Source: Isurus oxyrinchus (taxonomy: Eukaryota). From it: a DNA stretch of 64,000 nt. The stretch is from positions 14,756,001 through 14,820,000 of the forward strand of contig JANJGN010000033.1 in NCBI GenBank assembly GCA_026770705.1, written 5' to 3'. The notes below the pieces were generated by a model that ran no database searches, was not told where the DNA came from, and worked only from the letters and a program-made list of their open reading frames with translations. Numbering within the stretch: the first letter of the stretch is position 1; every line of letters begins with the position of its first letter. Position numbers and translations under genes: made by a program. Of the stretch, positions 12,371 through 23,700 are shown in pieces.

Positions 12371-13945
12371 TTGTAATGTTTTCAGTTTTACACCATAACT
12401 CAGTAAGGATAATAGTTCCGCTGAATAGCTGAGGAGAGGTTGCGTAAAAGTGAATTGATTTATCTTAACTTTAGGCCATTGATAAACAGCTTAATCGACA
12501 AATTTAAAATACAAAGAGGAAGAAAAAAATCAGCAATTCAGCCATAAAGAAACTATTTCACATCACGGGAAGAAAGAAGCATAATCATAAAATTAGAGAC
12601 ACACCCCTCATGGTGCTAACCAGGAAGGACTATTTCACATAAAGTATAGAGGAAATCGAAAACTGACTCCTTTAAATTAAAATTCAGGATGGCTGAGGAG
12701 GAGCAATTGAAGATTGCAGAAACTACATAGCTGGATTGTTGTTCGGTAAATTTATCAAGGTATCTAAAATAACAGTGGCCAAATACAACCGTAGTAAAGA
12801 CAATCTGTGATGTTGATGAACGGCAAATCAGGATTGCGAGGCCAGCACGGCATATTGTAGTGTGGGGAGATCTACTGATAATCTTCCCTAAAGCCCGCAT
12901 GTGTGATCTACAACTAAGCATCCCTAGATTTGGATCTGGATGGTGTCGCAATAATAAACATGGGGACATCTTTTAGCCACATGACATTACCCTGTCCTTC
13001 AAATAAAACATGCCTGAACTGTATCTTAAATTCAGTTAAGTAGCTTTGTGATGTCATCTGATACACCAATCTAATAGAATTTATTTATTGCAGTTTTACG
13101 AAGTCCACAATGCCCCCAAGCATGCAAAGCATATTGGGCTAAAGAGCTGCGGATGTGCACCATTCCATACGTGAAACATTATTTGCTAGTTTCCCTCCTG
13201 GATGCTACATATTTAGTCTGAAATCGAAGCACATTGTCATTGAGCCCACCCTCAGAACGCATAAGTCGTCAGCAGCTAACCGATTGTCATGTCAACTGCT
13301 TTGCTCATTTTAGACTCTTCGATTGCACTTCAATTTTCTGTCGGCCAACATGAACATAACAGGCCAAATGGTCTCCATCTGTGCTGGAATTTGCGAGGAT
13401 TGTAATGATTTATGTCATTCCCGTCATCATACATTCATATTCTAATCCCAGTAACATTCTGCGGAATCTGCAATGCGCCTCCAGCATTTCCCTGATGTGT
13501 GTTTCCTAAAGCTGAAAAAATATGACGCTCTGAATAGGGTCTTTTCTGGGTTCTATGCAGCCATAGAATAATACTTACAATATTTCTTTCCAGCTCCTGG
13601 CACAAAGAAGTGACTGTTGAATTGTTATTTCTTCTTGTGCTTGTCAATTAACTTACAAACATTTTTGTACATGGGCAGCAAAAGCGCAATCGTCTTTGAC
13701 AGATCATATCTTCTCATCGTTTGGAACAAATGCTGGTTATTTTTTTCTAGTGGTCTAAAGGAATAAACTCAGTTTTCCACGTTGAATTGCATCTTCAATA
13801 GTTTGGGCCACATACTCCTTCACTGCGAAACCGCCTGACGCCATAATCAGGGTTTCCAATCACCATAAATGTTTGCATGCATGTAACAAATTAAGCCACT
13901 TATGCCGCTATAGAACTGAACTGGAATAAGATTGAGAACTAGTGT

Positions 13946-14856
13946 TCAGTTGTTTTTATTTTGAAATACGTCCACAATTACATTAAATGGATATATAAGG
14001 AGATTCTTCACCTCCTCTCTGAATTTACGTTGTATCACGGCATACATGCAGGTGTTGGTGCAGCAAGCCGTGAGTTGAAGCATGAAGGCTAATTCCCGTA
14101 TGTATACAGGTAAATACACAGTATCATAGCCCAGGTACGTCATTCGCCAATAAATACAATATATCATATATAACGTCCATAGCAGTATGAAATTCCCCGA
14201 CACCCCATAGAGAATAATCATTGATTTCCTGCGGTTTTCCATCTCTTGGTCAGTCGGACACTCTGTATTGACATGACTGCGTAGTCTCCTGCGGGCTCTG
14301 TTGGCCACTAAAATGTATTTGACTGTTAGAGCATTTAAGAACAAGACCAAAAGAAATGGAACACATGGATTTATAATATAATGGATGAATTCGACAGTTC
14401 CCCAAGCCTTTGATTCAGCAACACTGTCTGGCACATTACAAAACCAGGATTGATTGATTAACCAGTAACTGCCTGTGTACATAAAGCACCAAAAAATATT
14501 TTTTAAGGAGAATAGCGCAGTTATTGCCGTTATGACCACATTTGCTGTTTTCTCCACGCAATATTTAACCTTTAGCCTCTGGCAGCAAATCGCTATATAT
14601 CGGTCAAACGTGAAACTGACAGTGAACCATACAGAACAGTCTGTGACTGCATGAAGCACGGCTGCATGGATATTACATACTGGAATATTCCGCATGAAGT
14701 AGAACTCTACACGGTAATTTGTAGGGATATGTCTCAGCATCACATCAAATGTAACGACCAGTAGATCGGCTGCGGCCATGGCCACCAGGTAACGAGTAAT
14801 ACATTTGGAGAGACCACACTTCCCACGGGACATGATCACAATTGTCACAATGTTAA
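13946..14856 (-). CDS. Gene B exon 2: probable G-protein coupled receptor 139-like (rhodopsin family); spliced product 353 aa
   Basis: Acceptor TTCTTATAG at 14857 is followed by an uninterrupted ORF. Motifs: TM2 LVAMAAADL, TM3 Cys (PVCN) and FTFDRYIAIC, ECL2 Cys (WFCN), TM5 PCVPF, TM6 GNFILLW, TM7 NTCMY, helix 8 RKFREE. 151+911 nt = 354 codons including the stop. Confidence 0.95.
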
Positions 14857-15519
14857 CTATAAGAAGTTAAATGATAACATACAGAAATCAGATTCAAGGT
14901 GTCTGTCTGCTGGACATATTGTTAACATATTATGATTGATAGAACTTTCTTTCACCAAAGATAAAGCTTGACTACACTGCATTGTCTATTGGAAAATGAT
15001 CATCAAATTTGAAACAGCTAAATGGGTGCCACAATACAGCATCAGGATATCAGCTTGAGCATTCAATGATATAGTGTATTGGGAGCCTGAAAGTTTGGCA
15101 CTTGACATTCTTCCATTGCTTAAAGAGACTGCATTGTATCAGGCAACTGAAGAGTATGAGAATGTGTGAAGCCAGTTCTCCAATTGTGATGATTAGCAGC
15201 TGAAGGGATCTTATTGGGCTTCTAGCTTATTGCATTGGTCACAACCCATTCATGCTGCATGGCATGTGCGACTAGTCAATGACTCACCTTTGATCATGAC
15301 TCATATTCAAGATTGTGGAGGAGGAAAAAATCCACGGGCAGATCCTGTTCTTTTTTCTGTATCTGCTGCTGTAATTTAAGACTTCAGATTTCAGGACGAT
15401 TGGATCAGCTGTAATGAGCCTTTTTAGCAATTAACCAGGGTCACATTTATCTGTAGGGCTTAGAAGTGGAGACCAGGCACGCACGTGCAACTAAACCCTA
15501 ATCAAGGTCATGAAATTTG

Positions 15520-15950
15520 TTTCCGATCTTGGAATCTTGCAGCCAAGACTAAGAACATTCGAGCCATCTTGTGTCAGCACTTTTAATGAGCTGTCAAATT
15601 CGATGGATTCCACTGCTTTCCCCCATAATTTTAGTATATTCACTACAAACAAGTCAATATCCAATTTTCTTTTGAATGTTACCCTTGAAGCTGCTTTCAT
15701 CAGTCTTTGAATTATTGAAATCTTAACCTACGCTCTACTTTAAAATGAACTCCTATCTCAGCTCTGGATCTTTTGACAGTTGCCTTAAATTTGTTTGTCA
15801 ATCCTCTTAGCAATGGAAACAGTTCCTCTTTGTTTATTCCTTCGACTCATTTTATAATATTAAGTTGCCAGGAAATATTACCTCCCACCCCGTTAAGCTT
15901 CTCTGCCAGAAGGAGAATAATTGCAGCTTCTCTAGTCTCACCACGTTGAG
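15520..15950 (-). mobile_element. Old CR1 3' fragment in the intron of B (paralog ~57570-57990)
   Basis: MKAASRVTFKRKLDIDL matches the CR1 C-terminal VEAxSxxxFKxxLDxxL motif. Confidence 0.6.
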
Positions 15951-17765
15951 GAAGAGTGAAAAGCACACTTACAAATTGGTTAAGAGTATTTAAAGATAGA
16001 GTCGAGCCAAAGAGCTATACATTAATACGGAAAAAAATAATTTCGGAGAGGAGCTGACAGACGAAGAATGGGGAAGCAAACAGTGAGCGTTCAGCATTAG
16101 AAAATGTTGGGCAGTCTGTGTATCTGTTGTGATACTAACTCTGGATTTTGAGAGAGCAGTTATAAAACCAGCACCTGCTTGCTCGGGAAAGTTGCTGGAA
16201 TACAATGCAGAAAACAATCATATATAATTAATAAAATAAATATTAACTCACCATTCCATTCGTTGCAATAATTACATACACTCTTTGACCTATATTGATA
16301 TCATGGCATATGAATCAAATGCACGCATTATTTGTTCAAACTGTCAAATTACATTCCAGAAATATTGGATCTCTCCTGCGGTGCAACATTGGCCATGCTG
16401 TAGAAATATTTTTTCGGCTGTAAAACATCTTGTTATATCTATCCTTGAATGCTGCCATTCAATTCCACATTTCTCTGTATTTTATTTGTTTTGCATGCAT
16501 CTCTTATTTCGATGTTTTAATAGCATGGATCATAATTCTAAAATATCATCATGGATTCATAAACGAGCTATATAGAAATGCTGGGTGTATTAACCAGTTT
16601 GTGAGTAATGGCTCCATGGCCAATTGTTACTGGAAAGTTGCAACGAACTGATGGAATTTGCTTAATTTACTGATCTATGAATTATCAGTTAACTGTTACA
16701 TTTTGATATGGGAAAACATTTCGAAGAACAATTGTTAATCAGCCATGGATGTTGTGCTGACTAAAGATTTGTTGAACGGAAACTAGAAGTGTCGCACTTG
16801 CAGAAATACCTCAGACGAATGGCTAGAGATACTACATGTTCAGCTGTCAGTGCACTGTAGCAACGTTTCATTGTGTTGCGGTGCTCTGAACACAAGTTAA
16901 CCTGAAGATGTAATGTTTATTGTACGGCAACCATAAGATGGAGCCCGTGTATAGTTACATCAGTATAATTGGTTGCATTATCAGGCACAGAAGAGTTCTG
17001 ATAGCAGCCTAATTGGAACATGCGAACACAGCTAGAGCAAAAAATGCAGTTAATCGTAATTACCCAAATAAGGTATAATTATAAACTCCTAATTACAAGA
17101 ATAATAATGTTGTTTGAAATAAATCATAACTTATCTATTTAAGGATACTGATATTAATGCATAAAGTCCAAATATTCTAAGCGAGGCAGCAAAGTGGAGC
17201 TGGATTATTTCAAAGTGGCTGACCATTTGTCGTCTATCTGTATTCACTCTATTACTCGACATATCAAAGTATGCTTTCAGTTAAGGATACAGTCCTGGCC
17301 TGTGTCGTTCTACTCTCAAACTTCAACTTTACAGCAACAATGTGAGGATCTTATATACCAAAATAAAGTTCGATGGTTGACAAAGTCTCTCCAGAGCAAA
17401 CAAACAGTAAAACACATGCGAAGACACTGACTAAATATAATAAACAGGCGGCTGGAAATAATCACGTCACGGAAGCATGGGACCTCCTTATGCATAAAAC
17501 AGATCGACTATACTCAATGCAGATAACCACTGACAGAAATAGATCGAATAGATACTTTTAAAAATACAGTCTATAGATTTAATTACTGAATATCATGACT
17601 TGCGTGGTGCGTGCATAGTAATTGGGTTCAAAATGTTAATATTAAATATGCAGTCGCCGTACAATCGAACAAACTTCATTGATGATTCAAATTGATACCG
17701 CAGAATGAATAATTCACTAACATCTTAAACGGCAATGAAATACACAGCTGGAAAGAACGACTTAC

Positions 17766-17916
17766 AAGGAACACCAAATGCAGCCAGAATTGGATAATAA
17801 ATGCGCTGCAAATTCCGAAAAGCAAATTGTATTTTCAGCAGTGCCAGCAGAGAAAATTTTCTATCTTGCGTGAAAAGTAATGATCGTTCAAACTCCAGCA
17901 TTTGATTTCCATCCAT
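17766..17916 (-). CDS. Gene B exon 1 (N-terminus and first half of TM1) of an intact GPR139-like class A GPCR
   Basis: ATG at 17916 opens MDGNQ...YYPILAAFGVP (50 codons + 1 nt), followed by a consensus donor T|GTAAGT at 17765. The phase-1 junction joins exon 2 in frame. A paralogous exon of the same 151-nt length lies at 59876-60026. Confidence 0.9.
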
Positions 17917-17959
17917 GAACCACCGTCTACACGGAATCGCTTGGCACTTCGGGATGTGT

Positions 17960-18040
17960 CTTCCTTCTTATAACACTGATAACCCTCGAGTGAGTTAATT
18001 ATGATCCAGTTGGACCCACATTAATTACAGCAATTGAACA
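17960..18040 (-). promoter_or_regulatory. Putative core promoter of gene B: TATA-like TATAAG plus two TTAATTA homeodomain-type sites
   Basis: TATAAGAAG on the minus strand starts at 17972, about 55 bp upstream of the ATG. TTAATTA occurs at 17995 and 18021. All three motifs, and the 26-bp spacing between the two TTAATTA sites, are kept in the D copy. Confidence 0.45.
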
Positions 18041-18910
18041 AGCAGATTCAGGTATTCCCTTGCAACCGAATAGTTTTTTTCTTTGAACACAATGTATTTA
18101 TCACGTGTTATGAAAACCTTGTGAATACCAGCAGGGTACAAATTAAAACAAATACGAAACTAAATATAGTAGAGACATAATAAACTGCAAATTCCAAAAA
18201 TTAATACAAAATCTGAAGCATGGGGTTTTGTGTCCGCTTATGCCAAGGACGAATGAAAGGGCATCCGATTATTTATTTGAGATTACTTAGAACGATTGAA
18301 AACAAAAATCGAGGAAATATTCGGAGACACTCATAGGGTCCAGTGACTTCTTTTTTTAAAAAAAATATTCTATGGCTCCGGAATAATTTGTAAACATTAC
18401 CAAATTCAGGGCAATCTCCACTTTAAATGCTTGGTGTACAATTGCGTGCAAATACTTGCCCTTTCTTTTGATTTCTTTTTGAGTATTGGCACTTGGGCAT
18501 CCCCTATGCAGGCGTAACTCGCACACTTCGTAATTTCCTACAGATTTGTTATGACAATCCACAATGACGTCTGTGAGGGAGTCACATGATTATGATGACT
18601 CCAGGAATGCAAAAGCTTTAGAGTAATTTCCTTAAAGTGTTCGCACTACACGACGATGTAAAGATTCGCAGAGTGGGGGAAACTTCAACGTGCGCTGCAA
18701 ACACATTGATTTTCATGATCTCCACGCACAGCGGTACTGATCCTCGAACTCCCCCTGGACTATATTTGAGAAACTATGAACGTCTCCTCAGAAGAACTTC
18801 GCTGAATCCTGCGACGGCTGCCACAGTTTGGCAACCCCCTGAAAGTGTGGAGTACATAAGCATTTCATAAAAGTTGTGACACACCGAATTCCCTTGTAAA
18901 AGCCGATTGT

Positions 18911-19050
18911 GAGAGGTTTGAAGAAAAGTCAAACGGACTCGAAACATTAACTCTTTTCCTGTCTCCACAGCTATTAACAGGCCTGCTGAGGTTCTGCAGC
19001 ATTTTACGCTTTTATTTCAGATTTCCAGCATCCGCAGTATTTTGCTTCCA
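18911..19050 (+). mobile_element. Penelope-like terminal-repeat relic with a degenerate hammerhead core
   Basis: TTGAAGA-AAAGTC-AAACG-GACTC-GAAACATTAACTC is followed by the arm ...CCTGCTGAG...TTCCAGCATCCGCAGTATTTTG seen in the other copies. Confidence 0.6.
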
Positions 19051-20119
19051 TCTGAGTGCCCTCATTGACTATCTCCAATTTGGAGGATATAGAGCTGCCC
19101 ATAGGACTCTTCTCTCAGAACTGACACACGCCTTGGGATTTACTGCAATAGGTTAAGCTTCCCGGCACAAAGCGTTTATTGTTAAACACGCACCCAGTTT
19201 CCTGAAAACATCGCAACATTCCTCCTCACTTTCACGCCCTCTTGCGGTTCTCTGTGAATATTATTGGATCCTCCACCGTCTCCCTGTGAGACAGGACACA
19301 GCTTCAGAAACTTTTCTGTTCTTTTCTGGAGCTGGTGAGAACATTCAATCTCTCCTTTTAATCTCCTCTAAATACGGAAAACTCCTCTGAGCCTCCGCCA
19401 TGAACATGTAATTCATAGAACCGTCACTTTTAGTTATTATACTCCTGCGACGCCAATTATGTGAAGGAACACTCCCGAGGGCCAACTGAGATGCAGAAAA
19501 GTTCGGAAGCGCCAAGAATCTCACAGAGAATAATATAAATGCGAACAAATAACAACTACATGGTGCGATGCATGCACCAGGAGTGAATTAGTGAGCATTT
19601 GCTCCTCTTCTACAGCTACGAGACATGAGAACCAGCGTGTGCCTGCGCTCTCTGATGGACGCAGCGAATCTATGACATCACATAAAGAAGATGAGCGAGA
19701 AGTCCTTTTGTGGCCCTGCTCAATACTTATTCTACAAACAATATCACTGAAAAGTTTGTCTGATCATTATCACATTGTCTTTGTGAGACTTTGTTCTGCT
19801 TCATTTAGCTCTTGCATTTTATACATTAAGACATCCCAAACCTACTTCACCAACGGAAAGGCGTTGTTTGGATGTCCTCAGATCTGTTGCCGGCGCAACT
19901 ACAAAACATAGAAATATAAAACTTTCCTTTTTGTTTGCTTTTTCTGTGCGTGGTCAGTGGCTCTTGGACAGGATATTGAATCAGTATGCACATCACTTCT
20001 CTACGGTAACATTCTCCTGTGTACATAAACTGATTATATTGGTCCACACCCCGGGATAGCACAGGAATCTCTGTCGCCGCTTGTAAGTGTGAACACAAAC
20101 ATAAGTTTTTTTTTATGGC

Positions 20120-20380
20120 AGCCTGCTGGTAATATTACTGGAATAGTAACCAGGGTCCAGGGCTAATGATCCGGAAACATGAATTCAATTTCACCACAGC
20201 TTCAGATAATTTAATTATTCTGGAAGAGCCATCAGGATGAGAACCGCACTGACAGATAGTTGTAAAAGACCGCCTGGTTCACTACTAACGTTTAGGGAAG
20301 AAATCTGCCATACTTGTTTGGTATGGTTTAAATGTGACTGCAGACATTGAACAATACGGTTGAATCTTAACTGCCCTCAA
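20120..20380 (+). mobile_element. tRNA-derived SINE (same family as 30855-31187)
   Basis: Head GGTAATATTACTGGAATAGTAA and core TTTAGGGAAGAAATCTGCC...ATGTGACTGCAGAC. Confidence 0.65.
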
Positions 20381-21199
20381 CAATTCTCCGCTGCAGAAAG
20401 CTGTTTTGAAAGGGGACAGTAAGCATTGTCGTTATTGCAACAGTACGTGGAATAAAACTTTGCAGGAATTCTCGTCATCAAATTATCCAGCATAATTCTG
20501 GATTGTAATAAATGCTGGTAAAAGTGAAAGAGATTTCTGCTAGGGGCGTGCTGCAACACCGCATCTCGGACACCTTTGGGGTCTTTTTCACTCTGTGGCT
20601 TGGACCAGATTGGTCCTAACAACACAGAGTTCTAACACTATGCCAAGCGGGATGGATTCAGTCCCTGTACCTTCCGCTACTTATGGTGAAGATTGTGGCC
20701 CTTTTGGAGGGACCGGCCTTCAAACAGTGAACGGAAGAAGAATAACATTCTTTATGTTAAACAATAAAGATAACGTCGAAGAAAATGGCGATCAAGGGAG
20801 CTTCACCGCATGGTAACAACACAGCATTAGAAGTTCTGCAGAGCATTTAATGCAGAACGCTTCTAAAAATTCTATAATAATGATAGGCCAGTAACAAGAA
20901 ATTCACTCATGCTCCTATAAAGAGGGAGATACCACATCGCTGATGGTGAGGTGAAGAGTTAGAGGCTGTCGTAGGTATTTCTGTAGATGATGCTTTTTCA
21001 GTTTGTGTAAAGAATGACCACAGTTTCAGCAGCCAGAACATGGCATTTTGGACTGGAACATTGCAACAGAGAAATGTTGCCACAAGGTTAAAGTTGGAAA
21101 CTAAGAGAAAATATCAGGCATAGAATGCAAACCAAGCCATTATAGAAAAAGGCAGACGGCCAGTGTAAACTGTCGGGTCTAATAGGCCCACGGATGTTC

Positions 21200-23700
21200 T
21201 CGGACTCTGAAACATATGGTCAGTTTAAGGAAGAAGGAAGTAACTTTGAGGAGACGCGGCACGATCATGCAATGAGGAAACGATGCCTCTCTTGGCGTTT
21301 TGACTTTCTCTAATAAGTAAAATCGAAAGTAAAGCATGTTGTTAGATGGATGCACATCTTGTGTATATAGAGGAAAGTTAGCATCATATCTTAGAGACTT
21401 TGGATGCAATCGACAAAAAAGAAAATATGATCTGTCAAATTCCATTGAATCACGTTCAGGATTTGATAGATTCCCGAACATAACTCGTCATTCCATGGAT
21501 ATTATGTGTCGGAACAAATTGTATTAAGGTTTAGCATTCAGTTTGGGGATCCCAGGATTAGTGCTGGTGTTTAAATTGAAGGGTTGTATCACCTGGAGGT
21601 TCAACTGGTACCAACGGTCGCCCTGTTCTCAGAGAATGAAATCCTTTTGAACCACCTGTTTACCAGCAGAAAGTAAAAAAAAAATGGAAAGAGGGAGACA
21701 CTCAGTTCCTGAACCTTTGAGGAGCAAATGATGTATCTGTAGCACGATACGGAATAGAATATGGAAGTCTTGACATATTTTGAAAGGGTCTGGATTTATT
21801 CCACAGCTGTTAGTTAGCACAACTTATGAAGAACACGCAAAATGAAGATGGAATCACCTTTAACTGATCTGAATATTTAAGTTGAAGGAAAACTTGGAAC
21901 TAAATAGCTTGCAAATTAACCCCAGGGATGCTTGAGGAATAGATATGATTCGATGATCATTATGGAGTGCACTGTACATATTCAAGTGACAGTCCAAGTA
22001 AAATGACAAAAAATAAAGAGAAATAGGATGAAGATTACAATAGATGCCAACATCAATACAGGTCGCCATCCATTTTATTCCTAGGTTTTGGTGCAGATTG
22101 CTTTAACTGTGCAGTGTTAGATAGTGCTTGTACTTTAAAAATACATGGGGCAGATGTGTTTAAATGTTATAGGCATTCACGAAGTAATGAGGATTCATAC
22201 CAGTTTACCAAAGAGTGCTACTACATGTTTTACAATTTCCATTGACAGCACACATTAAGGAAAATTGTATTTTTTGCAGGTGAACTAGCAAGAGCAAGTC
22301 AATTCAAAAGCTTTGATATAGTATATAATAGAATACCTAAGTGGTTGAACAGATTATATGAAAATTGCACCTACAAAACTCCATATGTTGCCTAATGAGG
22401 AAATTATTTCTGATGGTCAATTAATCTTTATTTTACTCAGCTAGGATAACATGGTGTCTCCTTACTATCAGCGTTTTTTTCAAACATTAGTCGCATCAAG
22501 TGATGAGAATCAGAATGGAAATGTCTTCGAATAACCGAGCAACATTGACTCCCCTCCTTGTAAGAGGTTACAAATACTTCTAATAAGGTGTAAATGTAAT
22601 TGCTGAAGAGGATACAATGGTAATTAAGAGGCCGGTGAGTCGTGTGAAATCTGCAAAAGGCATCACAGGACGCCACCAGGTTCTATCAGACGTGATTTAA
22701 CAGGGTAGCTGACATGTATCATGACCAGGCAGAACAGTCTGTGGTACCTTAAAGCAGAGTGGCCTGGATATTATCCATGTGAATGGACTTCAGTAAAATG
22801 AAATTTCTCCCGCTTATACAAAATAGGTATTTGCTTTAATATGAATTGATCGGTAATTGTCAATAGATCTGCCATCACCTCTGGCACATGGAAATGATCA
22901 ACACATTTGGAAAGATCGCAGTTTTTTTAGGACAGCATCGTAATCTTCACCACATTGACAGGAACGAAGAGGAAACTTTTGGAATTTCTCCAATACAACT
23001 TGACCTCAAGATTCAATGCTTCTGTCCCTGTTTTAATACGAATGGATCTTTGATGCTCTTTCGTCAAACCAATATGTCCTGTCTGATGGACGCTGACAAC
23101 AACTGAATGCAGCAGCACAAACGGAGTCCAACTAAATCTATAGCATTACATGTACAAATTATGTTCGGCAGTTTTTGACACAAACACCTGTGCACCATAT
23201 ATCATGGCAGTTATGTCACTTAGCCCGTGGTTAAAAGGCACTGTTGGGAATATGGAAATGATCTAAATGCCCAGAGACAGGGAGATGAAGATAGAGTCTG
23301 GCTGTCAGATGAATGGAATTATCTATGTGTTCATGGAAGCTAAGGCACTGTTCTCAAAACCGAATTTGATCACAGTTTGAATGAATGTGGTGCTTCTGCA
23401 GAACTGCACAAACGAAACATTATTATTTGGTATCTGTAATGCTTTTGTTCCACTTACTGCCTAATCAGAAACAGTAATCCTTATTATTCTTTTCTGATAT
23501 TAAAGAGGCTCTGTTGGATACCTTATTCCTGGATTCGCAATGATCTAACATTGGATTAATTAAATTATAGGCACGTTCCTTTCCAACCTTGATAATTGAT
23601 TATTGAGGATCTTGTGAACTTTAAAGATTGCAACGAAAATAATTTGCTGACCTGAATAACATTGATAAGTGAATCAAATTGAAAGTTTTAACTTAATAAT
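21200..23700 (+). mobile_element. Heavily decayed Ty1/Copia-type LTR retrotransposon internal region (gag-protease-integrase)
   Basis: A zinc-knuckle remnant near 21920-21980, an aspartic protease motif NCAVLDSACT at ~22105-22135, and an integrase zinc-finger CEICKR...TP at ~22643 directly downstream. No LTRs or RT core were recognised. Confidence 0.55.

Noticed and set aside
16285-16575. Antisense intronic ORF echoed at 58323-58625
   Set aside because: It has a TTG start, many replacement changes, different ends and no motifs. The similarity is explained by the duplication.
13946-17916. Assigning the symbol GPR139
   Set aside because: The proteins are too divergent and multi-copy to be the conserved ortholog. 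Only family-level similarity is supported.
19591-19911. 106-aa ORF that is also open in the paralog (63225-63671), divergent from B/D
   Set aside because: It has a GTG start and no recognisable domain. Most substitutions between the copies change amino acids, which fits neutral duplicated DNA.
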